Origin: a bacterium
Lineage (GTDB): Bacteria > SAR324 > NAC60-12
DNA: 17,204 bases
NCBI GenBank assembly: GCA_965233585.1
Contig: CBDDTI010000273.1
Span: 1-17,204, forward strand
Direction: 5' to 3'
The position numbers and the translations under genes are program-made. Below, in pieces: positions 1-11,648 of this stretch (the stretch's first letter is position 1; every line of letters begins with the position of its first letter). The notes below the pieces were generated by a model. It was not told where the DNA came from. It made no database searches and was given only the letters and a program-made list of their open reading frames with translations.

Positions 1-177
1 CCGTACTGATACTGTATTTTTTCTGACTGATTTTTGTTGAGAAACAACAATATAATTATTAATTTTATGCAAGAGTGTGCTGCATATTTTTTTTACATAA
101 TGGTATGTCAAGAGACCTTGCCAATTTTAGAAAATGTAGGAAAAAAATTTCTAGACAAAAGCCTGCTACAAATTGGC

Positions 178-343
178 ACAGCCGAGAATCATGATGTAGA
201 AAGAACGTTGTTCGATGCGCTCGATCATGAGCGCAGGGCAAAAATCGTATTCAGTGGCTGTGCGTTGGGCACTGATTGTTCGTGATCGAGCACGGTATCA
301 CACGATCGAACAGCGTCTTATCGACATCATGATTCTCGGCTGT
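178..343. mobile_element. Short palindromic MITE-like element
   Basis: Perfect 20-bp inverted repeat ACAGCCGAGAATCATGATGT (178-197) / ACATCATGATTCTCGGCTGT (324-343), extending imperfectly to ~39 bp. No clear TSD. Confidence 0.7.
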
Positions 344-398
344 CTCTCTTTTTTTTCTTGGCCAGGGTAGTAGAAGCCCAATGCCGCAATAAAAAATC

Positions 399-484
399 CG
401 GAAAAGTCCAGGCTTGAACCATACGGCACCAAATCGCCCAGCCGATCAGAAGTACTGTGCTTTATCGACTCAGCCAAATCCCCC
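399..484 (-). repeat. Degenerate tRNA-derived (SINE-head-like) sequence
   Basis: Minus strand reads GGGGATT-TGGCTGAGTCG (A box) ... GGTTCAAGCC (B box) with tRNA-like spacing. The stems pair poorly, so it is not an intact tRNA. Confidence 0.5.
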
Positions 485-1029
485 GTCTACATGTACAAAA
501 AAAAAATGAAAGGTTCATTGGTGAATTTAGGCGCAGGCTTTCCTATCGATACGGAAGACCACGGAGGATGTTGATAATGGACAAACGAAAACCGTATGAT
601 TCGAGCCAGGGCTTCTCCAGGGTTTTTTCGCAGCATTGGGGCTCTAGGCTTTTGTGTTGAAAATTTCTTTCCATGTGCTACTGTCATACCCAGGCCAACC
701 CTTCTCATTTTAGAATATGTGTTTGGTGGGGAAGAAAGTATTCCAGTTTCCATCTCTACATTCAAGGAATCGAATAAGAAAAAAGCCCAAAAAAGTGCTT
801 TTCAAGATGTACACGGATTTGACTAATTGCTAGCCGTTGGTTTATGAGTTTCTTTTCCTTCTTTGTTTCTTTCTTTCTTTTCTTTTCTTTTTTTTTTTGT
901 AGTAGATTATGAAAGGAGAGTCACACAGCTGGACTCGAACCTGTTGTAGTTATGTCTCTTGTGGTGGTGGCTGCAGTTGTAGTTTTCTGCTTAAACTGGA
1001 ATTTTCCAAGAAAAAAAGTTGCATACAAG

Positions 1030-1365
1030 ACTGTCTAGCAGGAAATTTTTGTCAGTGAAAAATTTTGTAAAAAGCGACCGTCAGGCAGTTCGTCAGGAAT
1101 ATATTTTCGTCAAACAGTGGCCGTCCCTCAGAAAGAAGATAGAGTTGGCCTGCGATCACATAGCTTTGTAGATTTACGCAACGAGGCATGCATGCTTGCG
1201 GCATGGCGCCTTTGTCTTTTGCTTGTCGTTTATCTTCACATTCGTGAATATTTCTGATCCCACACTTGTGGTTTTGTGAAAAAAAAATTACAGTAAGATA
1301 TTTAATTTAGTTAAAATAGCATTGACGAAAGCGACATTCCTGACGAAAATTTTCAGCTATACAGT
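1030..1365. mobile_element. MITE, Tc1/mariner-like termini
   Basis: 26-bp TIRs: ACTGTCTAGCAGGAAATTTTTGTCAG (1030-1055) vs reverse complement of 1340-1365 ACTGTATAGCTGAAAATTTTCGTCAG, 4 mismatches. Internal TCGTCA/TGACGA sub-repeats. Confidence 0.65.
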
Positions 1366-1424
1366 TGGTTTCATAAATACATTTCACAGATCCTAAGCGA
1401 GTGTGTCAACCTTTGTCAGGAATT

Positions 1425-2018
<594 letters not shown>

Positions 2019-2102
2019 ATTAATTTTTTGTTGGCCGAGTATAAAAATGGTCGATGAGAATGAAGACATTTACAAGTACAAATACAGGAAGAACAAAGAC
2101 AA

Positions 2103-2145
2103 TTTCCACAACGTTTCGCCCGGAGGCTTCATCAGGTAGGGAAAA
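2103..2145 (-). ncRNA. Minimal hammerhead ribozyme motif (second intact copy)
   Basis: Exact reverse complement of the 2206-2248 core. The middle copy (2158-2200) has GAAA changed to AAAA. Confidence 0.7.
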
Positions 2146-2205
2146 GAACAAAAACAATTTCCACAACGTTTTGCCCGGAGGCTTCATCAGGTAGGGAAAA
2201 GTCCC

Positions 2206-2248
2206 TTTTCCCTACCTGATGAAGCCTCCGGGCGAAACGTTGTGGAAA
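2206..2248 (+). ncRNA. Minimal type I hammerhead ribozyme motif
   Basis: CTGATGA (2216-2222), A-GCC-TCCG-GGC stem II, GAAA (2234-2237), palindromic ACGT stem III, GUU cleavage triplet and imperfect stem I (TTTCCCTAC/GTGGAAA). Confidence 0.75.
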
Positions 2249-3651
2249 TTGTCTTTGTTCTTCCTGTATTTGCACTAAAATATAAAAATGGTGAAAGTTT
2301 TCAACGAGAAAAATATTTTCTCAGAATTTGTGTGGCGCATTCTATGAAATGCTGTAAATTGCATAGTGTGGATGGTCAGTTTTGCAGCTGGAGGATCGCC
2401 GGTGATTACACATGTGTGCATTGCCTGGCATGGTTCAGTCTTCAAATTCTTTACTATAGCTATGGTTTTTGGAAAATCGAAAAGCTCAGACCTAAAATAC
2501 TTTTCCCAAAAATGTGGTGATTTTTTTTTGGTCAAACCATCATTCATCATATGTTGATAAAGGGGAAAAAATTATGTGGGTATTTGGATGAAATATTGCT
2601 CTACAGTTGGGTCAAAAATGGGCACTCAAACGAAAAAATATCCGAAAGAAACATCCTTGTTTTTCTCCTCAATAGTTGATCTATGGCCACTACTTGAAGC
2701 GTGATGAACTGATGCTCAGTAGCTGTTTTTCTTATTGGTATTGGATTCACCTGTAAGAAAAACTTCAGGAAAATTTTCCAGAAACTGCTTGACAGAAAAC
2801 CAAAGCATTTTTGTGATCAAGGAAAATGTTCGACAATTCAAGTTTTTCACACATTTCCTGGAATTTCTCAAAATCTGCCCAAAAATGTTTCCATTTTCAG
2901 CTAAAATGATAAACATATGTCTGCTGACTCAAAAAAACCACACACTGTAGGGGGTATTTGGATAAAATATTGCTCTGTTGCAAAATTAGCTACGGGTAAA
3001 CCGATTTGAACGCCAGAGCGTGTGTCGCCTGTGCTCTGCGGCCGATTCTATCAATTCCGGTCGCCAATTTCTTGACTTCACGATGCGCAGAATGCTGTGC
3101 AAACTACGTGTCTTTGACTTCGTTCCGAGCTACCTTAAGGTTCTAATTCTGGCTAAAAAATAAAAAAAAAGCATTGAACGCACCTAGCCATATGTCATGC
3201 GGCTTGACACTACTTTGTGTCTCGATTTGATGACCAACACTTACCTCGCAAAGATTTTCCACCTTCTTTTGCAGTTACTGTTTGCATTTTTGTCAGTACT
3301 GTGATGCTGGGTTATCTCAACAACACAACCGTGAGTCTAGACTTATCTTCCTTCTTGTTTTTCATCTTCTATTGTCAGCAATACACTGTGAAGATATCTT
3401 TTTCTTTTAATTTAATTTCTTGTGTGGCTTTGTTTGTAATCGATCATGGCATGTGCATGTTGGCTGAAAGATTACCAGCTCATACTGTTCACAAATCTAA
3501 CCGTTGTTTGGCAAGCTTTGTTGAACGTGTTCTACCTGGCATGAGTCCATAAATTTTGACCCCTAAGAGATGGGTCACTAACTGAACTTACAACTTAGAA
3601 AAGTTGCAGCTATTCATTGCAGTACAGCAAAGTCGTACGCCAAAGAACATT

Positions 3652-3722
<71 letters not shown>

Positions 3723-4323
3723 GAAAGAGAGAGAGTAGAAAGACAACGAAAGATGGAAGAATCAAAATGAATCACTCGAACCTTCTCCGTTTTTCAATCT
3801 CTCAAACCCCCCCCCCCCCCCCCTCTCCCTCTCTCTCCTTTCCATTCTTTCCAAGAAAACAATATATTGGTCAACGTCTGCTGTCCGACAGCCACTAAAA
3901 AACAAATTTCTCCTTCTCCCTTCCATCCTCGATTGATCCCCGGACCATATGAACTATCTCGCCTTGTATTAAGTTCAGTCTTCCTCTCACTTTTTTCCTG
4001 TAGATTTACATTTGAGCCATGCCACGAGAAACGGGACACAAATGGCATCCGCATCATTTTGCGTGGCGGCCAGTCAAAGTGATGCATGTACATAAACGCC
4101 TGATGATCGGCCCTGAGTCGTGAAACTCAGAGCTGCGAAAGAATTCCTGCGCCTGTTTCGTTGCATGTCATTATTATAATGACTTCGTGTGCAACAAAAA
4201 GTGGCATATTTCCTCAAAAGGAAATATACAACTGTAAAATTTCTGCTGAAAGTTTTATAACACCAATCAATATCGATATCCGGTCATCAAAATTTCAGTT
4301 CTGGAAAAAAGAACATGCCATTA

Positions 4324-4992
4324 GGCTGAGTAAAAAAAAAGTTGTTTCTCATCCAAGATTTTCGACAAAATTCGGGCTGGCGGACGGATTTTTTTTTATA
4401 TACAGTGTATGTGGGCTGTGTAAGCAATCCCCCCTGCGTAACCATCAATAGGGAGCTGTATTCCAGAGAAAGTTACCGGTGTTCTTCTAGGAGCATGCAC
4501 TCGAGTTGTCCGGTGATCATGGAAGGACAAAGCGCTGCTGTACTGTAAATCTACTGGTACATGTTTGGCGCCTATGCAAGCCACCGAGCGGGCAACAACG
4601 AGTGCTCAAGGAAACTTACTGAATTTCTTTCGCGTGTTCTTCTAGGAGCGTGCGCCGAGTTGCGCGGTGATAACAGAAGGAAAAAAACTGGTCCTATCGT
4701 AAAGCTACCGCTACATGTTTAGCGCCTATATGCATGCAATGGGCTACCGAGCGGACAAGAAACAGTGCTCAATGAAACTTGTTGAATTTCTTTCTCGAAG
4801 ACTTTCTTCGACATTTTGATGGAATGGACGGAGATTGTATAACAGAGAAGGTTATGCCCCAGCTTTATGCCTAGCATCTTTGCGTATACCAGTTTTTTTT
4901 TTGTTTCAAAATAAATATTAAAAAAATCACGGTCAGGCAGGAAAATTGGGGCGGTCGGGGATGATAAACAACTTTTTTTTTTTTACTCGGCC
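4324..4992. mobile_element. MITE, probably PIF/Harbinger type
   Basis: TIRs GGCTGAGT(A)nGTTGTTTCTCATCC (4324-4354) vs reverse complement of 4959-4992 GGCCGAGT(A)nGTTGTTTATCATCC. Flanks are TTA / TCA (TNA-type 3-bp TSD, 1 mismatch). Internal ~155-bp diverged tandem duplication at 4479-4630 / 4634-4794. Confidence 0.65.
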
Positions 4993-5024
4993 TCAGTGTG
5001 CTTCTTCTCGTGACGTGGCTCATT

Positions 5025-5667
<643 letters not shown>

Positions 5668-5736
5668 ATTGATTTATTTCATACAAAGCAAAAAAAAAAA
5701 AAATTAAAAATATAACTCCCCAAAAGCCAAAATTTA

Positions 5737-6064
5737 CTGTAAAGTCGTGTATAGAAGCCGCACTTGATCATAAGCCACACTCGAATAACAGCCACACTTT
5801 TTCGAAACTCAAGTTGCACAAAAGGGGCACTCGAACAAAGCTGCAGCTTGAAAGCCTACAGCTTTTCGCATGCCAAAATGTTTGTTTACATTTCAAACAA
5901 TTTTGTTACACTCGCAATTCAAAGTTGCACTTTCACTGTACATGTGCCAGACTCAAAACATTGCATATCATCTGCCCTCGAATAAAAGCCGCACTTGATT
6001 AGAAGCCGCAGTAAAAAGTTGAAAAATTGCACATAAGCCGCGGCTTTTATACATAACTTTACGT
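5737..6064. mobile_element. MITE, Tc1/mariner (pogo/Tigger-like), TA TSD
   Basis: TA-CTGTAAAGTCGTGTATAGAAGCCGC ... GCGGCTTTTATACATAACTTTACGT-TA, with multiple subterminal AAGCCGCAC repeats. Confidence 0.7.
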
Positions 6065-6133
6065 TATTCCAACCCCTTATCTCTCTAACATACATACAAA
6101 ACACACATGTACACCGACACAGACACACAAATA

Positions 6134-6226
<93 letters not shown>

Positions 6227-6319
6227 CAAACTCAACACTACAGTCCAAAACGCACAAGCAAAAAACAAAAGCCGGTCCCTGTGTCCCTCGAAACCTACCT
6301 AATTTTTCTCTTCCTCCAG

Positions 6320-6746
6320 CTCCTCCCTTACCTCCATCACACAGTCCATCTTTTCATGTTGCTGACGATCTCAAGTGAGACCATGTGTGGCGGCCATCAA
6401 CGCACCCTGTCCAACAGGCGACTACCGTAATCACAGAGTAAGCCAACAGCCGTCGATCGCCACAGAAAGTTTCTCCGTCAACTACGGATAATGCTTCCCA
6501 AAGCTTCAAAAATCCAAGATTGCAAGAAGAAAGAAGACGGCCACGCGCAGATCTCCAACGTCGGCACCGTCATCAGATCTGATCAGAATGGAACCAAGTC
6601 CGAAGTCTGCGAAGAGGGCGTTGATCACAATGGAACCGAGTCCAGTCCGAATCACTTGAATCGAATCAGTCCGAATCGTCATGGTCTCAGCTGCAGCAGC
6701 GACGCAGCTCGCGGTCATCGATCGTCACGAGAGCTGTCCGAAAAAG
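6320..6746 (+). other. Candidate host exon (possible ATG at 6491), product unknown
   Basis: CTAAT branch-like motif, pyrimidine tract and CAG acceptor ending at 6319; AAG|GTAATG donor at 6746/6747; GC3-rich codons at 6540-6620. No recognisable domain, and an in-frame stop at 6428. Confidence 0.3.
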
Positions 6747-6883
6747 GTAATGGTCACGCGACTGGACTCTGTTCCATTATGACATTTACCGGGATTCCTA
6801 GGGCTAGGCCTCCTATATCCGCGAACCCCGTTGCCACGGCCACGGTCAGCGGGGGATGAAGCGTGGCGCCGCGGAGAAAATGC

Positions 6884-8643
6884 GAATGTCGGTAAATACC
6901 AAAATGGAACATCGTACACTCGCGTGAGCGCTCGTCATAACTGGGAAGCGCGTGCACCACTCTGAGTCAGTTTCTCGAAAGGATTCTGAGCGAAAAATGT
7001 TCTAAGTCCAAGCGGCTTTTCTAGCTTCTGTGGAAGTTGAGAACAATTTTTGCAACTTTCGATGGCGTCCGTCTCCCTACCCTTTTCCTAACCCTATCTT
7101 TACTTTACTGAAAATCCCCTACCTAAACCGCAACCATCGTCGTTAATTATTTATTCAACAAAAAGTTCAATCGAAAGTTGTTCCCCGAGTCTCGGTTTTT
7201 CGGCTGGAATGAGATGAGTAAAAAAAGAACTCTCCAAAGGAACATCAAGAAAGAAAACGAAAAAAAAAAAAAAAACAAGATAGAAAAACGTCTTCAACAG
7301 GGTTCGAACCACCGACCGATCAATCGGAAATCGTCAAACTTTCAACTGCGCCACGAGGGATTAGTCGACCTCTGACTGTCGAAGAGCTCATTTTTTCGTT
7401 ACATGGTTTTTCTTCGAATTCGTCCTGGCTCTCGGAGCCCATCCTGCGCCTGGAAAAACTGTATTATTCCATCGTAAAAAACATTAAAACAAGGCTCGTC
7501 TGCGGAATAGACCGATTGTATTATTACCGCCTGGGCACGAGGTTCGGGGCATCCCAGCCGTTCGATCATGCAAAAAGCGTTGCTTTCTGTACTTTTCTGA
7601 GGCATTTTCGTGGCCTAGCATGGCTTTGAACGACTGTTTTTTTTTTTTTTTCAGCTTGAGGAAAATGCTAGTTTGGATAATATCTAGAATGGAGCGAAGA
7701 GCATTTGTCTTCAAAAAAAAAAAAGAAATAAAGAAAGAAAGAAAGAAAGTGCGAGTCCCGGGAGTGATCTTCGAGGCCCTCATGCGTGCATAGATCGGGT
7801 GGGCTGTGTTATCACCACTGGTACACTGAGCGTTCGCCAGGTGACAAAAGCCAATCCAAACCAAACAAGCACACCATTTACAGAACCGACACAGGAATCA
7901 AACTCAAGTTCATCATCTTTTTTTTGGCTCTCCTCAAGGCTCATTTCAAAAAATAAATAAATGATAAAGTGATAAAAACGGCTTCTCAGTTTTGAGTTCC
8001 CAGGGAACAAGAAGGGCCGAGCTGATCGCAGCCAGGCGATGTACTTGATCGACATCCGTGCTTGTGCTCAGAACTGAGCAATTTTCGTCGCGAAAGAGTT
8101 CGGTCTTGCCAACAAGCAAACTTTCTAGACTTTTCTTGCAGTGTTGGTTTCTTCTGGGTTCGACAATGAGAGCGAATATGGTGCGCTGTGCAAGTCGATC
8201 GACTGTCAGGCCTTCGAAGGTTTGCCCGCCAGTTGCACAACTTTTCTTTGAAAAAAAAAAAAGGAACAACCATTGGCTAATCGAAAAATCTAAGAACCGT
8301 TAAAAAAAAGAAAGATTCTTGCAGGAACAAGGGACAGGAGAACTGGAGAGGTTGAAAAGATGAGCGAGCTTCACTGTTTTCAGCATAGCAAAGTTGTATG
8401 AACAAGGCCGGGTTCTGGTCCGGATGCCCCGTCTCTAACCCAGACCCTAATAATACAATCGGTCTATTTTCTTGTTTTACACCTCGAGATTGAAACGTCC
8501 ACAATGGAACAAACCTTTCCTCATCACGTCGATCTTCCCCCGTTGCACTGAGTCAAGGTGTACTGAAAAGAACCAAGCGCGTTCATTGATGACGAGCACT
8601 CACGCGAGTGTACGATGTTCCATTTTGGTATTTACCGACATTC
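6884..8643. mobile_element. Non-autonomous Mutator-like (MULE) DNA transposon
   Basis: 55-bp TIRs (6884-6938 / 8589-8643, 1 mismatch) starting GAATGTCGG, and a perfect 9-bp TSD AGAAAATGC (6875-6883 and 8644-8652). No transposase ORF. Confidence 0.9.
7291..7357 (-). repeat. tRNA-derived Pol III unit inside the MULE
   Basis: Minus strand has A box TGGCGCAGTTG (7343-7353), B box GGTTCGAACCC (7300-7310) and downstream T-runs. Confidence 0.55.
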
Positions 8644-8914
8644 AGAAAATGCGTGGGCCTGCCGCGCCGCGCTTGGGGCTAAAATTTGCACGCGCAGATC
8701 ACCATGTTCTCGTATGTCACGTGCTGGTTGCTATGGAATGACAAACGCTGATTGGCTAATTAGTCGACCGGCTGCTCAAATACTCCCTGGCCTTTTGAGA
8801 GAGCGGGTAAGGATGGCGAAGATCAAAGAGACCGAGCGGGTAAGGATTCAATCCCTACCCGCTTTTTTTTTGTAAGTCGCGTGACTCGTGACGCAAGTGC
8901 ATGCGAGAAGCACT

Positions 8915-9016
8915 TTCCCCCAGTCATTTCAGGGGAGTCTGGGCGTCGTCCGCCCCCTCGGCGCTTCGCGCCTCGGGGCCGGACTAGCCCATACTCCCCT
9001 GAAATGACTGGGGGAA
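8915..9016. repeat. GC-rich ~100-bp fold-back element (hairpin MITE)
   Basis: Perfect 24-bp arms TTCCCCCAGTCATTTCAGGGGAGT (8915-8938) / 8993-9016. Inner imperfect stem ends in a GGCGCTTCGCGCC tip. Confidence 0.8.
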
Positions 9017-9789
9017 CCTACATATATCCTAGAAAAAAGGAGGTTAGGAAACGCCGATGCCGATTCCACGAGAGCCTCGGAAAGTCGACGGTCACATCCT
9101 GTTGAGTTCTACTGGTCTCAGACGTCATCAACCGCACCTATTTTTAGTTTGGAAATCTAAATCTGGATAGTGGGAAATACCCCTTCGCAGGTTTGGCGGC
9201 CACCCTCACTTTCAAATTCAAACTCAAACGATGGAGGCTGTCTCAAGCCAACAACAGCAACGAAAGCTCAACGACAAGAAGATGTTTATCCATGTGGTTA
9301 TGAACGTGTTGCTCTTTCAAAGAGCTTGGGGGAAGGCAAAGAACTGCCACTCGCCGTGGCTCAGTGAAAAGGTATGGATTCTTGTCGGGGTTGTGACGAC
9401 TCGTACGGATCGACAGTGTGTCCATCGCCGCCAATCCATCCCCTTCCCTTGCTCCCTTTCTTGCGAAGGTCTTGACTCTTGAGCTTACGCCCACTGCCAA
9501 ATGGTAACGGTTCTTTCCTCGTCGCAAAGAAAGACCAAAGACCAAAAAATAAACACGGTACTTTTCCTTTTCACAGAGGAAATGCGAAATGTGATGGTCA
9601 AGAAGCGTTCGCCAGAGAGGTACCATTGATGAAAAACAGCTCATTTCTAACAGGCCACTGTCTTGCAGTGCGGCAAAAGAAAAGGAAAAAAAAACAAAAA
9701 ACAAAGGACGTCCACTTGAGCAGATCTCTTCTGATCTGCCGCAGTAGATGTGTTGAGGGTGGTTCTGGCCCACTTGGAGGGTAATTTTT

Positions 9790-10032
9790 TTAACCCTTAA
9801 TTTCCCGCCATTTTACCTTAATATTTCCCGCCATTTTAACCCTAAGTTTCGCGGACCCTAACCCTAATTTTTCAGTTCTAACCCTAAGTTTCTCTTCCAA
9901 CCCTAAACCTAAGTTTCCCTTCCAACCCTAACCCTAAGTTTCCCTTCCAACCCTTATCCTAAGTTTCCCTTCCAACCCTAATTTTTCCGTCCTAACCCTA
10001 ATTTTCCAGGACTCTAACCCTAGCCCTAAGTT
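9790..10032 (+). repeat. Degenerate telomere-like tract: CCCTAA units embedded in ~20-25-nt higher-order repeats
   Basis: Repeated AACCCTAACCCTAAGTTTCCCTTCC-type units, with two TTTCCCGCC motifs at the left edge. Confidence 0.85.
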
Positions 10033-10413
10033 ACCTTGTGTATGGAAATGGACAAAAAGGGTAGGCAGTCCACACACCTACAGCACCCAGGGATTACCTT
10101 ATTTTCCATCATATTCCTCACAAATACTGGATATACTGAGCAGCATAACTCTGAGCAGCATACCCCGTGAGTATTAAATGACGACCACTAATGCACCATT
10201 GAGGGAGGAAGTGGTTCAGCCCCTAAGCCATATTAAACCACACCTTGTGCTGTAATAGTGGTGGTGTCCTGCCCGAATGCCTTGAGGTCGATTTGTCTAG
10301 AAAAAGAGTTCGAGATGACAGGTGGTGGACACTTGTGGGTCTAAAAATAACAACAATAATGGGATTGGTAAAATATTAAAACGTTTCGTATATGGTTGCA
10401 TGGTCTCCCACCA

Positions 10414-10463
10414 AAAATGGGCCAAAGGTCATGGCTTCCCGCCAAAATGGGCCAAAGGTCATG
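10414..10463 (+). promoter_or_regulatory. Tandem DR1 nuclear-receptor elements separated by an E2F-like motif
   Basis: GGGCCA-A-AGGTCA at 10419-10431 and 10449-10461 (30-bp period), with TTCCCGCC at 10436-10443. Confidence 0.45.
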
Positions 10464-10901
10464 AACCCATGCATCGCGTCCGCTTCACATGTGGGCCTAT
10501 GTGGGCATAGATCAGCCGAAAGAGCTACTGTGCTGTGTGTAAATCTTCGCCGTTTTAAAAAAAATAGCTTCACAAAGAGTATTTTTCTTTTCCTTCAGGG
10601 TCACCCATTCAAAGTGCTAACCCCACCTGACGGTGCTTGACATTGATGATCGAACGATCGACTCGGAACCTAGACGCTGAGCTAGAGCTGAAAATCGTTT
10701 CTATTGTGAATCGACCTCGACAATGAGTTCTCAAACGTATGCGTACATCCCGAGTGTGTCGAGATCTGTCTGTGAGAAGTCCTTAACAATAAGCGTACAT
10801 CGTGAGTGTACCGAGAACTGTCTGTGAGAGGTCCTGAACGACAACCATTCACGATCTCAAACATAAGTGCCTGTTCCTAAGGGCTAACCCTTTGTGGTAC
10901 G

Positions 10902-11648
10902 ATGGAAGATGATTTTCAGATTCTGTTCGACTACCTGAAAAATGTACGTGAATTGGCTGAGAAAGACAAAGCCGACTCTGCTGAAAACTCACCGGGTGAT
11001 GAGGAAAAGAAATGCGTGCACGAAGCTATACAGACGGAGGAAGCCTACGTTTGTTGCAAATGTGGTCTTGTGCTCGAGGACATCTTCCAACCCGACATTC
11101 ATTGGTGTGAGCATGCGTTGATGCCGCGTATTTACAGCGGCACGGACCGTCTGAATGCTATGAACAAAGCCTTGATCAACTTTCTCGACAAGGTTAGTTT
11201 CTGCACCTACCTGCCGATGTACACCTTGGAGGAACGACTCCGTGATATGAAAATCGACAGCGGCTTCAAGAGCTTGAACTATGCGATCTGCGTGATGTGC
11301 ATTCTCGAAGACGACGAACAAGCTCAAGAGCAACTCCGTCCCTACCTGCCCCGTTCTGACGTGGCCTGGGCGAGAAGTCTGCGTCTACTTTCACCCGTCC
11401 CTGAGATATTTGTCAGGAACTGGTTGAGAAATCTGCTCAAACCAGCTCGAAGGGATCTGTCCGATCGACAGAAGAAACGCTTCGCTACCAATTTCGAGCG
11501 CTTCGACGACGTTGAACGTCGAACGATGCAAGATCTGATTTCGTCCTACCGTGCCGGTTTGGATTGGAGTACGAATGACTTGGAAAAGCTACCCCCTCCC
11601 GTTGAGACACGCCCTTTTCCGCTTCTCTGTGGCCGTGTGCAAGAATAA
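10902..11648 (+). CDS. Viral-type protein with N-terminal TFIIB-like zinc ribbon (putative transcription factor)
   Basis: 248-aa intron-less ORF with CVH-x10-CCKCGLVLE, matching the C-x-H...CxxCG[LV]V ribbon of TFIIB-like/late-transcription proteins of large dsDNA viruses. The helical remainder is not recognised. Confidence 0.65.
   Translation: MEDDFQILFDYLKNVRELAEKDKADSAENSPGDEEKKCVHEAIQTEEAYVCCKCGLVLEDIFQPDIHWCEHALMPRIYSGTDRLNAMNKALINFLDKVSFCTYLPMYTLEERLRDMKIDSGFKSLNYAICVMCILEDDEQAQEQLRPYLPRSDVAWARSLRLLSPVPEIFVRNWLRNLLKPARRDLSDRQKKRFATNFERFDDVERRTMQDLISSYRAGLDWSTNDLEKLPPPVETRPFPLLCGRVQE

Larger units (their letters stand above)
2076..2275. mobile_element. Penelope-like element pseudo-LTR remnant: two tandem copies (-) plus one inverted copy (+)
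   Basis: ~55-bp unit repeated at 2092-2146 and 2147-2201, with its reverse complement at 2205-2275. Each copy has a hammerhead core. Confidence 0.75.

Noticed and set aside
399..484. Functional tRNA gene (also 7291-7357)
   Set aside because: A and B boxes are present but the cloverleaf stems do not pair, so these are treated as tRNA-derived repeats.
2092..2201. CRISPR-like direct repeats
   Set aside because: The repeats are adjacent with no unique spacers, there are no cas genes, and the context is eukaryotic. Explained as PLE pseudo-LTRs.
2578..2976. 25-bp direct repeat GGGTATTTGGATRAAATATTGCTCT (2578, 2952)
   Set aside because: Probably part of an old repeat; element boundaries could not be defined.
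3981..4122. Candidate exon after pyrimidine tract plus TAG at 4003
   Set aside because: No convincing donor or recognisable peptide.
9170..9784. Overlapping ORFs of 65-176 aa left of the telomere-like tract
   Set aside because: No recognisable motif and stops in all + frames. It could be decayed viral sequence but cannot be supported.
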